In this document: piece after piece, positions 59,243 to 64,000 of the stretch
How positions within the stretch are numbered: position 1 is the first letter of the stretch
Layout: every line of letters starts with the position of its first letter
Source of the DNA: Candidatus Latescibacterota bacterium
GTDB taxonomy: Bacteria > Latescibacterota > UBA2968
Direction: 5' to 3'
Length of the DNA stretch: 64,000 nucleotides
NCBI GenBank assembly: GCA_038279365.1
Contig: JAYODI010000001.1
Location: 64,001 to 128,000, forward strand
Position numbers and translations under genes: made by a program
Notes under the pieces: model-generated
Told to the model about the DNA's origin: nothing
Database searches by the model: none
Seen by the model: the letters and a program-made list of their open reading frames with translations, nothing else

Positions 59243-59281
59243 AAAGCCGTTGGATCTTTTGATCCAACGGCTTTTTGTTTT
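59243..59281 (+). terminator. Intrinsic terminator
   Basis: AAAGCCGTTGGATC-TTTT-GATCCAACGGCTTT plus T tail. Confidence 0.88.
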
Positions 59282-59459
59282 GATACGTGGCTCAAATATG
59301 GGCATGTTTGAGCCACGTGGGGACAGCGATATCCGTCTGTGAAATTTTTTTGTCATTTGTTTTATGATGACTTTTAGCTATTATAGGCTTCTGGATATTG
59401 CCACACGCTTATTGCAGGATTGCCTAAAATTTCACCCCAAAATGTGAGGGTAGATACCT

Positions 59460-60347
59460 ATGAAAGAAGACACTCCCAGTTCTACGGCGTTTACCGTTTT
59501 GCAGGGGCTTATGTATATTGCAGGACACCCTCGTTATTCATATCTGGTGAATGATGAAATTGCAAAAACGGGAAAACAAATTCTTTCTGCGTCTGATAAA
59601 GGGCTGAAGTTGCTCAAGCAACTTAAAAGCCCATTTTTTAAAGTACTTTTCCGTTTGGGTGAAAAGGCCTTGATGCCAGGCATTACCCTACATTATGCAT
59701 TGCGTAAAAGTTACATTGAAGACATCACACGTCAAGCAATTGCCGATGGTAAAACACAAGTGATCAGTTTGGGTGCTGGGTTTGATACCTTAGAATGGCG
59801 TTTGCACACCGAGTTTCCAGATGTAAACTTTATCGAGATTGACCACCCTGCCACCAGCGCGTTTAAAGCCAAAGCACTCTTTGGCGAAAATTCTTCGCCA
59901 TCCAATCTACATTTGTTGGCGGTTGATTTTAGCAAGCAGAGTTTGTTGGAGGCGTTGGGGCCTTTTGCTGGGTTTGATGCCACACGGCCGACCCACTTTA
60001 TTTGTGAAGGGGTGTTGCCCTATTTGTTGGAAAAAGATGTGGTCATTCTTCTGAATTCTTTAAATGAGCTTACGGGCAAAGGGACGCGTTTTGTGTTTAG
60101 CAGTGTCGCACCAATGGACAGCCCCAATAACAATACGGGACCGTTGTTAAATTTGTATCTGTTTTTTATTAAAGAATCACTCAACTGGACCATTGAAAGT
60201 GTAGATATCCCAGCCTTTTTGGAGAAAAATGGTTTTAAGTTTATAGAATCGGCGTCTGTAGAAACTTTTAGAGACCGATATTTGGCAAAAGATCACGAAG
60301 GTGAGCTCCATCGCGGGGAATATCTGATTTTGTCAGAAATTCCTTAA
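59460..60347 (+). CDS. Class I SAM methyltransferase (LCM / O-methyltransferase family)
   Basis: TPSSTA, LRKSYIE, QVISLGAGFDT, FIEIDHP, FICEGVLPYL. Confidence 0.87.
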   Translation: MKEDTPSSTAFTVLQGLMYIAGHPRYSYLVNDEIAKTGKQILSASDKGLKLLKQLKSPFFKVLFRLGEKALMPGITLHYALRKSYIEDITRQAIADGKTQVISLGAGFDTLEWRLHTEFPDVNFIEIDHPATSAFKAKALFGENSSPSNLHLLAVDFSKQSLLEALGPFAGFDATRPTHFICEGVLPYLLEKDVVILLNSLNELTGKGTRFVFSSVAPMDSPNNNTGPLLNLYLFFIKESLNWTIESVDIPAFLEKNGFKFIESASVETFRDRYLAKDHEGELHRGEYLILSEIP

Positions 60348-60361
60348 GCTTGATACAAGGT

Positions 60362-62080
60362 ATGGTGATAAAAATGGCAGATCGCAAGACGTTTAAAGTG
60401 ATTTTGATTAAACCCTCTCAGTATGATACCGATGGGTATGTCGTACAATGGTTTCGTTCAATTACGCCCTCAAATGCTTTGGCCTGTGTGTGTGGCATCG
60501 TACAAGATGCTGCACTGCGCCATGCATTGGGTGACGACATTGAGATCGTTGTGACGGCATATGATGAATACAATACCCGCATTCCTATTAAGGCGATCAA
60601 ACGCGATTTGAAGAATCCATCTGATGGGGTTGTGATGTTGGTGGGGGTTCACACACACCAATATCCACGTGCCATGGATTTGGCGCGTCCTTTACGCGAA
60701 GCGGGGGTGCAGGTGATGATGGGTGGGTTTCATGTTTCGGGGTGCCTTGCCATGGTGCCCGATTGGGAGCCTGCACTTGCATTGGCCAAAGAGTTGGGTG
60801 TGTCTCTGTTTGCGGGTGAGCTAGAAGACCATGTCGATGCGGTGTTAAAAGATGCACAAGAAGGATGCCTTAAACCCTTGTATAATGTGATGGATCAATT
60901 GCCCACATTAGATGTTGCTCCTACACCATGGTTGCCAAAAGAAGCTTTAAAAAAAGCTTGGAATTGGACGAGTATCGACTTGGGCAGAGGGTGCCCTTTT
61001 TTGTGTAGTTTTTGTACCATTATCAATGTGCAAGGGCGTTTGTCGCGTAGTCGATCTGTTGAGAGCGTGGTTGAGTATTTTCGTGTGCAGGCAAAGCGTG
61101 GTGTGACGCGTTATTTATTTACTGATGACAATTTTGCAAGAAATAAAAATTGGGAAGTGTTGTTGGATGGCATTATAAAATTGCGGGAAGAAGAAGGAAT
61201 CATCATTGATTATTTTATGCAAGTAGATACCAAAGCAACCCGCATTCCGCGTTTTGTTGAAAAGGCAAAGCTTTCGGGGTGTTCAATCGTTTTTTTGGGT
61301 ATCGAATCGGTTCGCCAAGAAAGTGTAAAGGCAGCAGGCAAAACACAAAATAAAGTGGCCGAGTTGCGGGATATGGTGATGACTTGGAAGCGGGCAGGTA
61401 TTTTGACACAGGGCGCTTTTATTATTGGGTTTCCAACAGACACGCCTGAAAGTATTGCAGAAGATTTAGAATTTATTAAAACCAATATCCCTATAGATGT
61501 CTATGAATCGACGATGCTGATGCCGTTGCCAGGATCTGCAGATCACAGGCAACTGCTTGGTGACGGTGTGGCAATGGATTTGGACTTTAATAGATATGAT
61601 GGTACGATGACGGCTATGGAACATCCCAATATGTCACGCGAGCAGTGGGCAGCACTTTATTGGAAGATGTATCATGTGTTTTATTCTTGGTCTCATATTG
61701 AGACCATTTTTAAGCGTGCTTTGGCCTGTGGTTTGTCTCCTTCAAGGGTGTTTGGGAGTGTTTTTGGTTATTATGGTCCCATAAAAATAGAAAATCTGCA
61801 TCCGTTGGTATGTGGCACGATGCGACGAAAGTTTCGTCACGCAAGGCGTTATGGTTTGCCACTTGAGTCGCCTTGGATATTTTATCCCAAGCGTTTATTG
61901 GAAGTGGTGAGAACCCAAGTGCGTAGAATGGTTTTTATTTCCAAATTAGCAGTCGTCATGGTGTGGGCTTGGCAAAAAGTGCGTAAAAATGGTTATACCG
62001 ATACTGCAATTGAGCAAAGAGAAAATGATCAAGTCACTCCAGAGATGTCAACCAAACTTAGTCAGGTGGCGTTGGGTTAA
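60362..62080 (+). CDS. Cobalamin-binding radical SAM enzyme
   Basis: N-terminal B12-binding-like domain (VMMGGFHVSG, LFAGE); GRGCPFLCSFC (CxxxCxxC); TDDNF, FLGIES, FIIGFP; start 60350-60374 uncertain. Confidence 0.87.
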   Translation: MVIKMADRKTFKVILIKPSQYDTDGYVVQWFRSITPSNALACVCGIVQDAALRHALGDDIEIVVTAYDEYNTRIPIKAIKRDLKNPSDGVVMLVGVHTHQYPRAMDLARPLREAGVQVMMGGFHVSGCLAMVPDWEPALALAKELGVSLFAGELEDHVDAVLKDAQEGCLKPLYNVMDQLPTLDVAPTPWLPKEALKKAWNWTSIDLGRGCPFLCSFCTIINVQGRLSRSRSVESVVEYFRVQAKRGVTRYLFTDDNFARNKNWEVLLDGIIKLREEEGIIIDYFMQVDTKATRIPRFVEKAKLSGCSIVFLGIESVRQESVKAAGKTQNKVAELRDMVMTWKRAGILTQGAFIIGFPTDTPESIAEDLEFIKTNIPIDVYESTMLMPLPGSADHRQLLGDGVAMDLDFNRYDGTMTAMEHPNMSREQWAALYWKMYHVFYSWSHIETIFKRALACGLSPSRVFGSVFGYYGPIKIENLHPLVCGTMRRKFRHARRYGLPLESPWIFYPKRLLEVVRTQVRRMVFISKLAVVMVWAWQKVRKNGYTDTAIEQRENDQVTPEMSTKLSQVALG

Positions 62081-62133
62081 TGTGTGGATGATTGTCATGG
62101 CTATGGTGCTGTTTTCCCTGTTGCCCCATATTA

Positions 62134-64000
62134 ATGTTTATGAAATATGATGTGAATACTGATTTGTCAAATACCTCGCCAATCTACCATCCGCTCACAT
62201 CCGGGCAAAGAGATGTGTGGTTAGATCAAATGGTGTACCCAGATGTGCCGTTTTATAACATTGGAGGGTATCTCAGAATTGATGGGCATATTGATCCCGT
62301 TGTGTTTGAACAGGCGCTGCGTCGGGTTGTGCAGAGTAATGATGCTTTAAGAATTGTATTACACAAAGGGAACCCACTGCCCGTTCAAGAATTTAGAAAT
62401 GATGGTGTTTTTGATATTCCTTTTATAGATTTTTCTGAACAAAAAGATCCCATGCAGAAGGCCGAAGCTTGGATGCAAGCGCAATTTGTACGGCCATTTG
62501 AACTGTATGGGCATTTTCTTTTTCGTTATGCTATTATCAAGGTATCAGACCAATGTTATTGTTATTTTAACAATCAACACCATTTGGTTGCCGATGGTTT
62601 GTCTATTCTTATCCTTACAGAACAACTTTCAAAAGAATATAATGCCCTGATGATGGACCAATTGAGCAACGAAGTTCCCCCATCTTATCATGCGTTTATC
62701 TTAGAAGAACAAAAGTTTTTCCAGTCTAAACGATGTGAACAATCCAAGGCATTCTGGCAAAAAATTTATCAAGACCTGCCAGAACCACTTGTTTCTTACC
62801 CTAAGCGTGATACCGAAAATGATGTGCCGTTTCGAGGTGGTTTGTCTGCGCTGAGAATCAAGCCCAGTGAATATGCCGTTTTAGAGGATTTTTGCAAGGC
62901 ACAAGGTGTTACGCCCTATCATCTTTTGCTTGCCGCGCTTTATGTGTGTTTTTTGCACAATGGCATTCAGAAGGACTTTGTATATGGGGCGCCTGTGTTG
63001 AATCGTTCTCATGCAAAGGCAAAAAAAACGATTGGGCTTTTTACCAGTGTGAGCCCTGTTCGTTTTTGTTTTGGGTTGGATATCAATACGCTTGATCTTT
63101 TGGGTTTGATCAGCGAGGAGTTAAAGCGTGTCTATCGTTATCAGCGTTTGCCATTGGGAGAAATTAATAAGCTTTGTGGGATATCTCAGGCGTTTGGTCG
63201 TTCGTTGTTTGATATTGGTGTGTCGTATGAAAAAAACGATTATGGTATGACATTTCAAGGTGCCCGTGCACAGGCTATTACCTATTCAAATGGATTTGAA
63301 AGACAGGCACTCTCTATTGCGCTTAAAGAATATCGCAAGGGCGATGATATCGAGTTGGATTTTTCCTTCAATCTGCAGGTTTTTGATGCCAAAGAGATCG
63401 ACTATTTGAAACACCGTGTTCTTTTTGTTATGGAGGAGATGGTTCGCAACTCACATACAAATTTGAACAGGTTAGATATTTTACCCGCGTCAGAGAAGAC
63501 GGATGTTTTGAGAGGTTGGAACGAGACCCAAAAAGAAATACCCAAGAAGTTGGCGCACCATTTTTTTGAAGATTGTGCAAAGACTATGCCTGAGCAATTG
63601 GCCGCTGTTTGTGGCCAACAGCAAATGACGTATCGGGTTTTGAATGAACAGGCCAATCAATTGGCGCATTATCTCACTGCTTGTGGCATTGGAAAACAAG
63701 ATTTTGTTGGCATTTGTATCGATCGTTCATTTCATATGTTGGTTGCCATTTTGGGGGTGTTAAAAGCGGGCGCGGCCTATATTCCGCTGGATCCTAATTA
63801 TCCAAATGCACGTCTTGCTTTTATGATTGGTGATGCCAAGGTCAAGTTGATTTTGACCCAAGAGGATCTGCTGTCTGTGTTGCCTCAAGATGGGGGCGAT
63901 GTTTTTTGTCTGGATCGAGATAGGGCCCATTGGCAGGTGCAAAGTGCCAAACCGGTTGTTTTACAAACTGCCGATACAGATGATTTGGCTTATGTGATTT
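62134..64000 (+). CDS. Non-ribosomal peptide synthetase, N-terminal condensation + adenylation domains (3'-truncated; absent from ORF track)
   Basis: Frame open to window end: PLTSGQRDVWLDQ, YNIGGY, HHLVADG (62578-62598); A-domain cores MTYRVLNEQANQLA, LKAGAAYIPLDP, DLAYVI. Confidence 0.95.
   Translation, partial: MFMKYDVNTDLSNTSPIYHPLTSGQRDVWLDQMVYPDVPFYNIGGYLRIDGHIDPVVFEQALRRVVQSNDALRIVLHKGNPLPVQEFRNDGVFDIPFIDFSEQKDPMQKAEAWMQAQFVRPFELYGHFLFRYAIIKVSDQCYCYFNNQHHLVADGLSILILTEQLSKEYNALMMDQLSNEVPPSYHAFILEEQKFFQSKRCEQSKAFWQKIYQDLPEPLVSYPKRDTENDVPFRGGLSALRIKPSEYAVLEDFCKAQGVTPYHLLLAALYVCFLHNGIQKDFVYGAPVLNRSHAKAKKTIGLFTSVSPVRFCFGLDINTLDLLGLISEELKRVYRYQRLPLGEINKLCGISQAFGRSLFDIGVSYEKNDYGMTFQGARAQAITYSNGFERQALSIALKEYRKGDDIELDFSFNLQVFDAKEIDYLKHRVLFVMEEMVRNSHTNLNRLDILPASEKTDVLRGWNETQKEIPKKLAHHFFEDCAKTMPEQLAAVCGQQQMTYRVLNEQANQLAHYLTACGIGKQDFVGICIDRSFHMLVAILGVLKAGAAYIPLDPNYPNARLAFMIGDAKVKLILTQEDLLSVLPQDGGDVFCLDRDRAHWQVQSAKPVVLQTADTDDLAYVI

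Noticed and set aside
62892-63942. Short ORFs listed in the last 2 kb
   Set aside because: All lie within the NRPS reading frame, which is open from 62134 to the window end

Overview
Bacterial chromosomal window with dense coding, no integrase/transposase and no CRISPR array. The + strand looks strongly G/T-rich whichever strand the genes lie on. The gene mix suggests an FCB/PVC-type heterotroph, a weak inference. In order: (1) a ~15 kb envelope/glycan run (GT2, GT4, epimerase, WecA-like transferase, two LolC/E permeases, a Thr-type sulfatase-like/VanZ fusion, a Gly/Asp-repeat protein, a HEAT protein, an O-antigen-ligase/TPR fusion); (2) tRNA-Leu(CAG), a stand-alone DnaJ-type zinc finger, two receiver proteins, heme A synthase and several catabolic enzymes; (3) an 8-gene TPR-metallopeptidase/DUF4159/MoxR/vWA operon; (4) tandem cold-shock genes, each behind a conserved ~97-nt leader; (5) a catabolic cluster, GS-III, an aldolase and tRNA-Val(GAC); (6) a class-III aminotransferase beside an M28/DUF4910-like-AAC(3) fusion; (7) two small orphan genes behind a near-consensus sigma-28 promoter; (8) a methyltransferase, a B12 radical-SAM enzyme and the start of an NRPS (C + A domains) that runs off the window and is missing from the ORF track. 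The strongest novel candidate is the csp leader, which is more conserved than the csp coding sequence and can be drawn as mutually exclusive terminator/antiterminator helices. Next are the NRPS/B12-rSAM cluster, the peptidase-AAC(3) fusion and the sigma-28 operon. All family calls come from motif recognition by eye, not database searches.
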